DNA of 64,000 nt from the NCBI GenBank assembly GCA_963749655.1, contig CAVVOB010000020.1, positions 100,961-164,960 of the forward strand, read 5' to 3'. This stretch comes from Nitrospirota bacterium (lineage in GTDB: Bacteria; Nitrospirota; UBA9217). The notes under the pieces were generated by a model, which was not told the DNA's origin, did not search any database, and saw nothing but the letters and a program-made list of their open reading frames with translations. Each line of letters opens with the position of its first letter. Within the stretch, counting starts at the first letter, position 1. A program made the position numbers and the translations under genes. Positions 49,281 to 59,789 of this stretch are shown in pieces.

Positions 49281-50595
49281 TCACTGCAGTTCCCAGGGAT
49301 AGCCGATGAAGATCTCCGGTGCGAATCCTTCTCTTCCGTAAGCCAGGTCCGCGCGGAACACAACTCCCGACGCGGTGACCATCCTGGCGCCCACTCCCGT
49401 AGGAATCCCTCCATGTCTTGCCTAAATCGCTGTTCAGGTCCGCCGTACTTCCCATTTCGTAGAACGCCGCAAGCTGCACTGCCGTCCTGATGTCTTTCAT
49501 CACGAAAATATCAAAGGGAGTAGCTTCGTCCGTCAGATTCCAGCGGAATTCCGTGCCGTAGAACAGCGTATGGGCCCCCTTGTACCGGCCCTGGGAATAG
49601 GAGCGCAAACGGCTGAATCCGCCGAGGGACGTGGCCGTGCCGTAGGTGTTGTTCGCGACCATGTTGTTGATCACCTCGGTGCAGAACTGCTGTTGCTCTG
49701 CTGTAAGAGTCGGGTCGCTGCAGTTGAGCCCTTGCTGCTGCTGGAGCTTGGCCGGGTCTGTCTCGCCCTTGCGGGTCACGACGGCGTCGGAACGAAGGAA
49801 GTTGAAGACCCAGGTGTTGCGCCTGCCGATGGGGACGTAGGCCGAGGTATTGTAGTCCATGACGTAGTAGTCCGGTCCCGAATCTCTCGGCGGCGTCCAT
49901 GACCGGGTCACATCCACCCGCAGCCCCCTGCGGGGGTCTCCGTAGTCGTCCGTCAGATCAATGCGGGTCCCGAAGGAGGTAGTGTAGCCGCTTTCGCGGG
50001 GAGAATTCTGCGCTTCGACGATGACGTTTCCGTCCTTGTCCCTGATGCTTTTCAGCTGCATGGACCCCTGGTACCAGGCGCTGTAGATCTCGAAGCGGCG
50101 CTCGAAGAAGGTGGCCGTCAGCCTGCCGCCGTAGTATTCCGTGTCCTTGAATTCGATAAGGCGATAGTCGTTCTTGCTCGTGTTCATACCGCGCTGGCTG
50201 TAGCTCTGGATCGTTGCCTTGTTCAGGATGCCGAAGCCCGTATCGAAGATGAGCGTCTTGGGGATGATATGAATGTCCGCCACGCCGCCCGCGGCGCCCT
50301 GCACGTCGCCGGTGAAGATGATGCCGTAGGCGTCGGTGTAGGTGCCCGCGATGTTCATGGCGCCGCCGACCAGGCCGACGCCGGAACCGATGCCGGGAAG
50401 ACTGTAGGGATAGGGGAACACCGCGTAGCCGAAGCTCTTCTGGAACTGTTCCTTGCGCCGGTCAGGCAGGAACGATTGTTCCGTCAGGGTCACGGTGGCG
50501 GTTGCGGTCATTTCCTCCGCAGCTGCCTGAATATTCGGGAATACTGTGCCGAAAAGCACGAGAAGGGAGCATAACAGTCTCTTGTTCATCTGCAT
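49281..50595 (-). CDS. Omp85/BamA-type beta-barrel without POTRA domains (extra G near 49397)
   Basis: DLTDD...PRRG, LGGFSRLRSYSQGRY. The corrected C-terminus reads YGVGARM...RADLAYG...FIGYPWELQ. Confidence 0.72.
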
Positions 50596-50761
50596 TCTCC
50601 TGGCGCCGGAGTCCGGATATTTAAGAACGATCAAGGGAAAGGGAAGACTTCGACGGGCTGTCTGTAAAGCGATGCCCAGTATCGAATAAATACCGGATAA
50701 AGTCAAGGCGCTTTTTGGTTTTGAAGACAGGTACGGCGGCAAGATCGTAAGACGTTAAAAG

Positions 50762-50799
50762 AAAAACCCTTCATGAGGATTCTCGGACCTCATGAAGGG
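50762..50799 (-). terminator. Intrinsic terminator of the lipoprotein gene
   Basis: CCCTTCATGAGG-N9-CCTCATGAAGGG then TTTTT. Confidence 0.75.
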
Positions 50800-50864
50800 C
50801 GGAAAAATGCGGTGAAGCGACGATCAACTATCCCGCTGACGCTGAGCTGCGGGACAGGAGGATT

Positions 50865-52916
50865 TTATCTGCCGAAGTACTGCCTGATCGAGGCATCCAG
50901 GACCACGTACCATTGTTCGCAGCCGTTGTTGCCGTCATAGGCGATCAGCCAGCCGGAGATGTCCGGTATGCAGCATACCTTGACGCCGGTGCTTACCAGG
51001 CGGTTGGTGGCGATGTCATACAGGACGAGGATCGTGCTGCCGTCGATGACGCCGTCGCCGTTCAGATCCCCCGTGGAGGCGTCCTCGATAGCGCCCGCAG
51101 CGATGATCCCGTTGCTGATGCTGGCGTAATCCCGATGCGTGTGAATGGGCGTTGAAGCAGAGGTGCCCTTGGAAATGTCGTAGTATGCCACCTCGGCCGA
51201 GGGAGTATCGAACACGATGATCCCGTTGTCGATCGTGGGGTAAGCGCCCGGAACGTCGGTATCGGTGGTCACTCCCGTAGCAACGTTGTAATACGCTATA
51301 GTGCCCGCCGGACCGACAAAGGCGACGATGTCGCCGCTGAACGACGGCGTCAACGGATCGGGGACCGCCACTCCGGTCGGCGTATTCTGCAGGGAAACCG
51401 TGTCATAGATATTGAGCACGCCGCCTGCCACGTAGGCGATCCTGCCGCTGCTTACGACACGGGCCACGCCCCAATAGTCCCGATCGAATGCATCTGCGGT
51501 CATTCCGGTATCGTGTCCGGTTTGGGCGCTGATGGAATACCAGCCGATCGTCCCTGTGTCCGCCTTGACGTACGCCATGATGTCGCCGTGAATGGCCACG
51601 CTGCGAGCTCCCAGCGTGATGCCGGTGTTTACCATGGAGTTCGTGCTGACGTCGAGATATCCCAGCACGCGGTCGTCCAAATCGCCGTCGTTGTTGTAGT
51701 CCGTCTGGTCGCCCGACTCTTCCATGGAGAGGGTGACGATGTTGCCGCTCACGCCGCCGGCCCGGCAGTCGGATATACCGGTGTAGTTGGCAACCTGCGG
51801 CAGAAGGGCGATATTGTTCACCACGACATCGGGGAACTGTCCCGGGTTGACGGCATAGGAGACCGTGGTGCGTCCCTGTGACGCATTCGTGACGGTCAAT
51901 GAAAGGGTGCCCGAGACGCTCTCATCATATCCCTGCAATACCGCGGGATTCACCGCAGGATCGGCAAATAAGAGGCTGCCGGTGAAGCGCCAATTGTAGC
52001 TCAGTTCAGTCGCTGGTCCTGAGTCGCTCACGGTTGCAGCGAACGTCACATCGGACCCGCTGCGGGCCGCGGCCACCGACAGGATCACCGGATTGAATTG
52101 CACGACCACTGCGGAGCTTGTAAGCTGAGACACGACGTTCGTATCAAAGTTCGTCTGGACGCTGTTCCCCAGGCTGTTCGTGACTCTGATCGCATGAGAA
52201 TACGTCCCGACCACAGCGGGGGCCGTATAGTTGAGAACGATCGTTGCCGTTGTTCCGTTCATGGTTATGCTGCCGGTGACGGGATCGAAGGCGCCGCCGT
52301 CGGCCGCGGGCGTAACCTGGTAGGACAAGGTCTCTCCGTCGCTTCCCTGAACCGATATGCTGACCGGAACTGCGCTGTTCACGACGATTTCGGCAGGGCG
52401 GCTGATCTGCGTGATCCTCGGGATCGTCAGCGTCTCGCCGTTGGAGACCGGCGCCATTGCAATCACCACCCGATCGTCCGCGCCCATCAAGACCTGCAGG
52501 GTGGTCCCGGTGAAGATCTCCGCTGGAGAGCTGTTGTAGGCGTGGCCGGTAAACGTGAGACGCACTCCCACCGGAAGATCGTTAATGGTGGCGCTCCAGG
52601 AGCCGTTGCCGTTGTTGGTGAGCGCCGCCCCCTGGACGATGTAGCCCGAGTCGCTCTGGACATCGACGGTGATCGACGCAATGTCATCGATGGTGCCGAT
52701 GACCGTTGTTGCGAACAGGCCTTTTCCCTTTGCTGCCCGCATCGCCCTTAACTTCGAGGTTTGTGACGTCTGCGTATCAAAAGCCACATTCAGTGTCGCC
52801 GAGGTGTTGCCCGCGGCCTGGTTCGTGCCCGATGATTTGCTCCCGTTGCATGCGCCTGATGACAATAGGACAAAAACCGAAAGCAAAATCCACAACCATT
52901 TGTGTCTCTTCGTCAT
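50865..52916 (-). CDS. Large surface lipoprotein (Ig-like domains, C-terminal propeller with DxNxDG motifs)
   Basis: Lipobox SGAC, beta-rich repeats, DYNNDGD and DLNGDG motifs, GGAGG RBS. Confidence 0.75.
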   Translation of the reverse strand: MTKRHKWLWILLSVFVLLSSGACNGSKSSGTNQAAGNTSATLNVAFDTQTSQTSKLRAMRAAKGKGLFATTVIGTIDDIASITVDVQSDSGYIVQGAALTNNGNGSWSATINDLPVGVRLTFTGHAYNSSPAEIFTGTTLQVLMGADDRVVIAMAPVSNGETLTIPRITQISRPAEIVVNSAVPVSISVQGSDGETLSYQVTPAADGGAFDPVTGSITMNGTTATIVLNYTAPAVVGTYSHAIRVTNSLGNSVQTNFDTNVVSQLTSSAVVVQFNPVILSVAAARSGSDVTFAATVSDSGPATELSYNWRFTGSLLFADPAVNPAVLQGYDESVSGTLSLTVTNASQGRTTVSYAVNPGQFPDVVVNNIALLPQVANYTGISDCRAGGVSGNIVTLSMEESGDQTDYNNDGDLDDRVLGYLDVSTNSMVNTGITLGARSVAIHGDIMAYVKADTGTIGWYSISAQTGHDTGMTADAFDRDYWGVARVVSSGRIAYVAGGVLNIYDTVSLQNTPTGVAVPDPLTPSFSGDIVAFVGPAGTIAYYNVATGVTTDTDVPGAYPTIDNGIIVFDTPSAEVAYYDISKGTSASTPIHTHRDYASISNGIIAAGAIEDASTGDLNGDGVIDGSTILVLYDIATNRLVSTGVKVCCIPDISGWLIAYDGNNGCEQWYVVLDASIRQYFGR

Positions 52917-53033
52917 ACTGTTCCTCCCCCCTGATAGAATTACCCTGCAGTATGCTGCTAGGGCTCGGGCTCCGCTTTTGTGACGGGACGGCAGGAGCCG
53001 TCCCGGTACCATGAGGAGCCTTCGAAGGGGCTG

Positions 53034-53103
53034 ATTATAACGTTTCCGTGCGTAATGGCGAAGGGTGTTTTCTTGCTGATGCCGGGGTGTTTTTTTGCTG
53101 ATG
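53034..53103 (-). promoter_or_regulatory. AraC-type activated promoter of the lipoprotein gene
   Basis: Two 19-bp direct repeats CATCAGCAARAAAACACCC (period 22) abutting TTCGCC-N17-TATAAT. Confidence 0.7.
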
Positions 53104-53168
53104 TGATGCAGAAGAAGAGACGGCGACGGACGCAGCCGGGAATCGGAGGAGTACCGGCTACTCCGGCG

Positions 53169-54029
53169 TTACGGCATCGGGCGCGGGCACAGAACGTAGC
53201 GTTTCCGGTAGGACGACGGCGTGCAGCCTGTGTGTTGTTTGAAGATTTTGACGAAATAAGCCGCTTCCTCGTAGCCGATCGCATCCGCTGTCTCGGCTAT
53301 TGTCAGATCGCCGCGACGAAGCAGTTCTTTTGCTTTTTCCATCTTCAGGTTCACCAGATATTTTTTGAATGATATACCCATGATCTCCGAGAACACGCGC
53401 GAGAAGTGGTATTTTGATATAAATGCCTTGCCGGCGGCGGTTTCCAGGCACACTTTGGCGGTGAAATTTTCTTCCATATACTTAACGGCACGCTGGATTT
53501 TATAGAAATTGGATTTATTTGAATGGCCAGCCGCGAAAGCCGCGGTGGCGGAGGGCGGCGAAATAGCGGTTCTTCGTGCAGCAGGAGAAAAAGACTTCAG
53601 GGACAGGCAGAATTCAATTTTTTTCTCCAGATCGGAATAGGAGAAAGGCTTTTTAACGTAGTCTCGCGCTCCGGAGGTGAACGCCTTTATGGCAACATCC
53701 TCACTTCCGTAACCGGTAATGAATATAACCGGGACGGAGGGTTTGATCATTTTTATTGTCCTTAACACCTCTACTCCGGACATATCGGGGAGCTGATAAT
53801 CCAGCAGGACGAGATCGGTGTCTTTGTGACGACGGAGGAGGTTCAACGCGTCCTGTCCGGCCGACGCCAGGAACAATTCGTAGCGGTCTTCGAGCAGATC
53901 GGACAGCGCATGTTCAATGGTCGGATCATCCTCCACTATCAAAATGCGGCTGACGTTGTCGCGCGATTGAGCGGCGGCTTGTTGATCGATCGCTGGCACG
54001 GCGCTCCTTTGAACGGGTGAATGTGGCAT
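53169..54029 (-). CDS. Response regulator with AraC HTH (YesN-like); start uncertain
   Basis: ILIVEDD, LLDYQLP, KKPF receiver; SKYHFSR and YFVKIFKQHTGCTPSSYR. Confidence 0.9.
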   Translation of the reverse strand: MPHSPVQRSAVPAIDQQAAAQSRDNVSRILIVEDDPTIEHALSDLLEDRYELFLASAGQDALNLLRRHKDTDLVLLDYQLPDMSGVEVLRTIKMIKPSVPVIFITGYGSEDVAIKAFTSGARDYVKKPFSYSDLEKKIEFCLSLKSFSPAARRTAISPPSATAAFAAGHSNKSNFYKIQRAVKYMEENFTAKVCLETAAGKAFISKYHFSRVFSEIMGISFKKYLVNLKMEKAKELLRRGDLTIAETADAIGYEEAAYFVKIFKQHTGCTPSSYRKRYVLCPRPMP

Positions 54030-54287
54030 GATAGATCGCCCTATACATGAAGGATCTGTGAGCGCAGACAGGCGGTCCGGAAAGTGCCGGTTTGCCGAAG
54101 CCGTGTTCACGGTCCGCAGAATGCAGCGAGCTGCCGGGAATTCCAGCGAGGCAAGAGGCGATGAAATGGCGAGACGCGGATCGGGCCGGCAAGTCCTTTG
54201 CTCTCCGCTGCCTTCGGCAGGGAATTCGCCATTCTGGCGAAACAGCCTTCGGATACGAATGCGCTATTCGGAAATGAAATGATCTGC

Positions 54288-54343
54288 ATTATAGGTATTG
54301 CTCGTTTTTTGTCAAGAATCTTGATGGGGTATTTTTAGGGTAT
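54288..54343 (-). promoter_or_regulatory. Sigma70 promoter with shared motif, copy 3
   Basis: ATACCCTAAAAATACCCC-N10-TTGACA-N16-TATAAT. Confidence 0.7.
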
Positions 54344-54474
54344 TCTCAAATTGCAGTTTGAGGCAGGCAGGTATTCATACTGAAGCGGCCATGTGTCCAT
54401 GAGCGTTCCGACCGGCAGCCTATTTCAGATGCGATGCCGGGACCCGGGTTTTCCCACGGTTCATCAGGGCATCA

Positions 54475-55180
54475 TCAAATGAGATGGCTGCGCGCGGCGA
54501 GAACGGCGGCCTGGGTCCGGTCGTTCACGCCGAGCTTGTTGAACAGGCTGTTGACGTGGCTTTTTACGGTGTGGGCGCTGATGTCGAGCACCTCGGCGAT
54601 CTGGACATTGGTATACCCTTCGGTCACCAGGCGCAGTACATCGGTTTCGCGGCGGGACAATTTCACGGAGAGGATGATATCACTGCTGAGCTGTACGTTC
54701 CCGGCTTCGTCCCTGTTTCGCCGCAGCTGCCGTTCGAGAAGATCGGTATAGTTCTTCTGCTGCAGCAGGGCGCGCTTGCTTGCCGTGGTCTCGAAGACGA
54801 TGACGATGACCGCGGAAACATTCCTGTCACGGTCCCTGACCGGGTATGCCTGGACCTCTCCCCAGCGTCTTCCCGAGCCCGGGATGTCCATCCACATTTC
54901 CGTGACCTGGGTGCTGCCCCTGGCGATGGCCTCTTCCAGGGGACAATTGCGGCACAGGATGTTCGCATCCCTTCAGGGTCTCGTAGCACAGTTTTCCGAT
55001 TGCTGTTTCCGGATCGCATTGATGGATGAACGCCATGCTCTTGTTGATCCAGACGATTTTGCGGTCCTTGTCGAAAATGCCGAAAGGAGCGCGAATGCTC
55101 GAGAACAATGCAGGACCGAGGCCTGACAGGACCTGGTCCAGGGGCAGAGTTTCCGAGATATCAGGTTTCGAGGATATCAT
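54475..55180 (-). CDS. PAS-LuxR transcriptional regulator, indel near 54960
   Basis: PAS with IGKLCY..CxxCP; LSRRETDVL...ISAHTVKSHV...KLGVNDRTQA. Confidence 0.85.
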
Positions 55181-55283
55181 GGGCAATTGCTCCGTACCGG
55201 CTGACTACCCGGTATGGTATCAGAGAAGCTTTGTTTTGTCCATTGTTCAACGAGTAATTTTCCCAACATGTCGCAGGGACGTG

Positions 55284-55529
55284 TCAGTGCCGGACCTGAT
55301 TCGGGAGCAAATGAGATCTTAAGAAATATGTCAGGGCCTGGAGCGAAGCCGCGATCTGTTGGGACGTCCGTCTTCTTCCCGGGGTCGAATGTGCGGAGGA
55401 CAGATCCTCAGTGCTTTCCTGCTCTATCGCATCGAACGCTTCTCTCAGTTCCCGGTAGTACAGGAAAAAGCTCATCCGCCTGTCCTGGTCTCCGTTCCGG
55501 TATTTGTCAATAATCCGATCTCTGTCCAT
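55284..55529 (-). CDS. Small hypothetical protein upstream of the LuxR gene
   Basis: AAGGAGAGG RBS; IIDKY...RMSFFLYYRELREAFDAIEQ. Confidence 0.6.
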   Translation of the reverse strand: MDRDRIIDKYRNGDQDRRMSFFLYYRELREAFDAIEQESTEDLSSAHSTPGRRRTSQQIAASLQALTYFLRSHLLPNQVRH

Positions 55530-55652
55530 GGCCTCTCCTTTTCCCGGGAACAAGCCCCGGCCCTGGTGTGTAAATGAGACTTCTCTTTTGTAGGGATTAT
55601 AGGGAAAAAGGAAAGGCCGTACATCGCCCGTTTGGGGGAGGGGGGCAACTGC

Positions 55653-55770
55653 AGTTTTGAGTTTTTAGTCTTGAGTTTCTAGTTTATGAAGCGAGGCAGA
55701 GGGCAGAGGGATTCCACCCTATGCGCCATGCTCTATGCACTATGCGGGATTTTATGCTCCATGCCCTCAG
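55653..55770. repeat. Heptamer repeat arrays (TTTTGAG/TTTTTAG; CYATGCN)
   Basis: Tandem degenerate 7-mers in intergenic DNA. Confidence 0.6.
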
Positions 55771-55785
55771 CACTCTGCGGTCAGT

Positions 55786-56016
55786 TCAATTCGTACCAGC
55801 GGTGATCTTTGCTATGAACTCTGCTGATCCCTGTTGTCCGCCCATGCTGGCGTTCCCGGGCTCCAGTTCCTCGATCATGACCATGACGTAGCTTCGAAAG
55901 GCAGGTTTGCCCCGTCCTTCCACTTCGATCATCACATCGGTTATCTTCCGGTGCAGCTCGGTTTTCTGCGCTTCAGACAGCGCGCCCTTCAGCGTCTTGA
56001 TGTTCACAAACGGCAT
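55786..56016 (-). CDS. 4-oxalocrotonate tautomerase family protein
   Basis: N-terminal Pro (MPFVNIK), 76 aa, AAGGAGG RBS. Confidence 0.88.
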   Translation of the reverse strand: MPFVNIKTLKGALSEAQKTELHRKITDVMIEVEGRGKPAFRSYVMVMIEELEPGNASMGGQQGSAEFIAKITAGTN

Positions 56017-56047
56017 GTTTCCTCCTTGGCCTTGAGATCCGGATTTG

Positions 56048-56519
56048 TCACCACAGTATGTTTTTAGCTTTCAACTCACCTTGTGCTTTTTCATTGTTCT
56101 TTCGCGCAGCCCGACTTCAGGTCATCCAGGGACAGATCGGCATGTCCCATAAGCTCATGGATGAATGACCGCATATAATAGATGTCTCCATCATCAGGAG
56201 CCAACTCTATGGCTTTGGTCAGGTCCTGTATGGCCTCGGCATTATTCCCGAGAAGGTTCCGGCACCGTGCGCGGAGCCTATATGCCTGCACCAAAATTTG
56301 AATGTTCTTTTCGGCCGCGATAGCCTTGTCCAGGTATTGTGCAGCCTCTTTAAAAGCCTCTGTCGATCCCTGATTTCCGGCTTCCCGCAGCAGCATCCCC
56401 TTATCGATCCATGCTTTTGCGCTTTGCAGGTCCGGACCCTGTTGGTTCACTGCCCAGGCCGGGTGAACCAGCATTGCGAAGAGCAGTATTGCGATCGAAG
56501 CACGAAAATGATTTTTCAT
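56048..56519 (-). CDS. Exported TPR protein (extra A near 56100)
   Basis: Signal peptide and TPR motifs. The corrected end reads AKNNEKAQGELKAKNILW. Confidence 0.75.
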
Positions 56520-56561
56520 GACAAATCCTCCTTCGGGCGTCAAAGCGGGTGTTGTTGATCA

Positions 56562-56611
56562 GCAATCCCGCGACTTGGCATCCCCCGGCTCCTGCCGGAG
56601 TGGGCTCCACT
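56562..56611. repeat. Structured repeat or putative RNA element, copy B
   Basis: Matches 33741-33772 plus 33900-33917; CCGGC-AGGA-GCCGG hairpin. Confidence 0.65.
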
Positions 56612-56654
56612 AACGCCAGGCGTCTTTGATGCCGAAACGATTGCGTTTGACTGA

Positions 56655-56683
56655 TTAGTGGGGGCGGCGGGGATTTTGTGACA
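56655..56683 (-). promoter_or_regulatory. Putative ECF sigma promoter
   Basis: TGTCACA-N17-ACTAA directly after the ECF gene stop. Confidence 0.45.
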
Positions 56684-56687
56684 ACAG

Positions 56688-57371
56688 CTAGAGAAGATTT
56701 TCCCAGTAGTTCTTTCCGGGCAGGACCAGTTCGGATTTTTTGTAGAAATTGACGCGGCCGACCATTTCGCCGATCTTCCGGTACTCGCCGGCGAGGTTGA
56801 CCTCGCCTACGTGCTTTTTGATGCGGCAGCGGCAGTCGCCCGCGGGATTATAGATGGTGCATTTTTCAGAAAGGAACGAATTGATCCGCTTCCGGCTGCG
56901 GGTGACCATCTGGCGCACCGATGCTTCGTTCCTGCCGAGGATCGCCGCAATCTCGGCATAGTCCAGTTCGGCGATGTCCCTGAAGATGTGCGCCAGGCGG
57001 GTCTCGTTGTCCACACAGTGCAGCATGGCAGTGACGCAGCGATCGCAGGTTTGCCTGACCCAGATCTCCTTGTCCAGATCAACGCCGGCAGGGGGGGCGA
57101 TGTCATTGCCGTCAAAGTACTCCCTCACGAACCGCAGGGAATAGGTCTTGTCGTGAATAGCGAAGTCGGCGGCAATGCGGCGCGTGATGGCATAGATCCA
57201 GGTCGAAACCTTGGAATCGCCGCGAAAAGAGGGAAAGCTCTTCGTTATCTCGACCCAGACCTGCTGAGCGGCGTCGCGCGCAGTTTCCTCGTCCGTGATC
57301 ATCCTCCGGCAGACGGACGAGACCATCCGGCCGTAGTCCCGGGCGATGTTTTCGAGGGTGAGACGAGCCAT
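56688..57371 (-). CDS. ECF sigma factor with Cys-rich C-terminal extension
   Basis: FRGDSKVSTWIYAI region 2; YAEIAAILG region 4; CDRC and CTIYNPAGDCRC. Confidence 0.88.
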   Translation of the reverse strand: MARLTLENIARDYGRMVSSVCRRMITDEETARDAAQQVWVEITKSFPSFRGDSKVSTWIYAITRRIAADFAIHDKTYSLRFVREYFDGNDIAPPAGVDLDKEIWVRQTCDRCVTAMLHCVDNETRLAHIFRDIAELDYAEIAAILGRNEASVRQMVTRSRKRINSFLSEKCTIYNPAGDCRCRIKKHVGEVNLAGEYRKIGEMVGRVNFYKKSELVLPGKNYWENLL

Positions 57372-57376
57372 AAGTA

Positions 57377-57558
57377 GTGCGGAATGCGGAGTGCGGAATG
57401 CGGAATAAAAGACATGCACTTTAAGCTGATTTTGCTTTAAGAGCATTCCGAATGTTAAGTTCAGCGTTGGTAGTCAGCAATTAGAAATCCGAAATTCGCA
57501 AATCGCAATGTACAGCCTGCGATTTCATTCCGCATTGCCGAATTCCGCATTCCGCACT
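57377..57558. repeat. Inverted heptamer arrays (TGCGGAA / TTCCGCA)
   Basis: Same unit as 35816-35930. Confidence 0.7.
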
Positions 57559-57562
57559 CGAT

Positions 57563-59773
57563 TTAAATGTCGTCCAGGCTGTGTCTCGTCCCGTCCATGT
57601 TCCTGCCGACGAGCACCTTGCGGGGCTTGGCGCCGTCTGACGGGCCCACGATGCCGTCCTTTTCCATCATCTCGATCATGCGGGCGGCGCGGTTGTAGCC
57701 GACACGGAGGTGACGCTGGAGGAACGACGTAGAGGCCTTTCCGTTCTGCTGCACGAGGTCGACTGCACGCTGGTATTCCTCGTCCCGTTCGCCTTCTTCC
57801 ACCGCAACGGCCTCGGCCTCGACGATCTCCTTGGCGCGCTGCTGGAGCATTTCGTAATTGGGCTTGCCCTGCTTCCGTACGAAATCGACGACCCGCTTGA
57901 TCTCCGCCTCGGATACGAAGCAGCCGTGGCAGCGGATGAGGTGGGACGAGCCCGGCGGCTGGAAGAGCATGTCGCCCATGCCGAGGAGGTTCTCGGCGCC
58001 GTTCGCGTCGAGGATGGTCCGGGAATCGGTCTTGGACGACACCTGGAAGGAGATGCGGGACGGCAGGTTCGCCTTGATCAGGCCGGTGATCACGTCCACG
58101 CTCGGCCGCTGGGTCGCGACGATCAGGTGGATGCCCGCGGCCCGCGCCATCTGGGCCAGGCGCATGATCGAGTCTTCCACCTCGCGCTGCACCGTCATCA
58201 TGAGGTCCGCCAGCTCGTCGATGATCACGACGATATAGGGCAGCCGCTCGGCCTCGGGCACGGCCTTGTTGTAGGAGTCGATGTTCTTGTTCCCCTTTTC
58301 GGCGAGGGTCCGGTACCGGCGGTCCATTTCGGCCACGATGGCCCGGAGCGTCTCGGCCGCCTTCTTGGGCTGGGTCACGACAGGCGACAGGAGGTGGGGA
58401 ATCCCCTCGTAGACCGAGAGCTCGAGCATCTTGGGGTCGACCATGGCGAGCTTCACCTCGCTCGGCCGGGCGTTGTACAGGATCGCCAGGATCACGGAGT
58501 TGATGGCCACGCTCTTGCCCGATCCCGTGGCGCCGGCGACGAGCAGGTGCGGCATCTTCTCGATGCCCGTGATCACCGACGCGCCGAAGATGTCCTTGCC
58601 CAGGGGGATCTTGAGCTTCGACTTGTTGGCCTGGTATTCCGGGGTCTCGATGATCTGGCGGAAGTAGACCGTCTCGCGCGTGTTGTTCGGCACCTCGATG
58701 CCCACGGCAGCCTTGCCCGGCAAGGGGGCCACGATGCGCACCGACGCGGCCTTCATGGCAAGGGCCAGGTCGTCGGAGAGGTTCACGATCTTGCTGACCT
58801 TCACGCCCGGAGCGGGCTCGAACTCGAACATGGTCACGACCGGCCCGGGGTAGACCTGGGTCACGCGGCCCTGGATGTCGAAGTCCTGGAGCTTTCTCTG
58901 CAGGAGCTCGGACTGGGCGAGCATGTCCTCTTTGGAAACCTTTTTTGCCGAAGCCGGGACCGGATCGAGCAGGTCCGTCGACGGCAGCACATAGGAGTCC
59001 TTGCTTTCCCTGCCTCCCATGAACTCGAAGTTTTGCTGCACCGGCTTAGGCGGCTTTTCCGGCCTGACGATCCTCGGCTGGGACTGGGCCGGGGGCGCCT
59101 GCTGCTTCAGCGCTTCAACGATCAGGGGTGTTTCCTTGGGGGCAGCAGGGCGCAGCCGCGCCTCCCGTGCCTTTTCCCTGCGGCCGCGGTAAACCGTGAT
59201 GAGAGTATCGAGGTGGCCGGCCAGTTCCGTGTAAGCGCCCCGGAGCCAGGCCAGCGCTTTGAGCGGCGAGAAGGGAGTGAGCAGCATGAGGGCCAGGGTC
59301 ATGGCCGTTATGGTGATGATATAGGATCCTGTGGCAGAAAACCCCGCGCGGAGCAGGTAGGCGACAAGTCCGCCGAGCATGCCGCCCGCGGGCACCTCTT
59401 CGCCGAAGAGGCCGAGGGTCTCGCCCTCGAGGCCGAAGAGCGCCGAGGAGGAGAAAAAGAGCAGGAGGCCGCCGATCTTTCTCAGGTAGGGATGGACCGC
59501 CTCGCCGTTCAGGGCATAGTAGACTGCATAGCCGAAGAGGTACAGCGGGATGAGGTACGACGTAACGCCGAAGAGGCGGAGCAGGGCGTCGGACAGATAG
59601 GCGCCGATGATGCCGATGAAGTTTTTCACGGCGCCCGCCCCGCCGGAGACGCTGAAGCAGGGGTCAACGGCGCTGTAGGAGACGAGGCCCAGCAGGATAA
59701 GGAGCCCGACCGCGAACAGCAGGAGGCCCATCATTTCGTTCCAGTGCTTATGTTTTGCCGCGGAAACCGCCAT
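57563..59773 (-). CDS. ftsK: DNA translocase FtsK
   Basis: 4TM N-domain, [23 protein letters not shown], gamma domain GYNRAAR. Confidence 0.97.
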   Translation of the reverse strand: MAVSAAKHKHWNEMMGLLLFAVGLLILLGLVSYSAVDPCFSVSGGAGAVKNFIGIIGAYLSDALLRLFGVTSYLIPLYLFGYAVYYALNGEAVHPYLRKIGGLLLFFSSSALFGLEGETLGLFGEEVPAGGMLGGLVAYLLRAGFSATGSYIITITAMTLALMLLTPFSPLKALAWLRGAYTELAGHLDTLITVYRGRREKAREARLRPAAPKETPLIVEALKQQAPPAQSQPRIVRPEKPPKPVQQNFEFMGGRESKDSYVLPSTDLLDPVPASAKKVSKEDMLAQSELLQRKLQDFDIQGRVTQVYPGPVVTMFEFEPAPGVKVSKIVNLSDDLALAMKAASVRIVAPLPGKAAVGIEVPNNTRETVYFRQIIETPEYQANKSKLKIPLGKDIFGASVITGIEKMPHLLVAGATGSGKSVAINSVILAILYNARPSEVKLAMVDPKMLELSVYEGIPHLLSPVVTQPKKAAETLRAIVAEMDRRYRTLAEKGNKNIDSYNKAVPEAERLPYIVVIIDELADLMMTVQREVEDSIMRLAQMARAAGIHLIVATQRPSVDVITGLIKANLPSRISFQVSSKTDSRTILDANGAENLLGMGDMLFQPPGSSHLIRCHGCFVSEAEIKRVVDFVRKQGKPNYEMLQQRAKEIVEAEAVAVEEGERDEEYQRAVDLVQQNGKASTSFLQRHLRVGYNRAARMIEMMEKDGIVGPSDGAKPRKVLVGRNMDGTRHSLDDI

Positions 59774-59789
59774 AGACTCCGTAAAAACA

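Noticed and set aside
52960-53005. GTCACAAAA as a second ECF promoter, and a GGC-AGGA-GCC hairpin as a third copy of the structured element
   Set aside because: Spacing differs, the -10 match is poor, the hairpin is in the opposite orientation, and flanking similarity is absent.
3105-56519. About a dozen frameshifts (rSAM, GT9, acyltransferase, wzc, oppF, Omp85, LuxR, TPR) as pseudogenes, phase variation or programmed frameshifting
   Set aside because: Single-base indels, several in homopolymers, are scattered over unrelated genes with otherwise intact motifs and no in-frame decay. Most likely long-read error; short-read polishing would decide.
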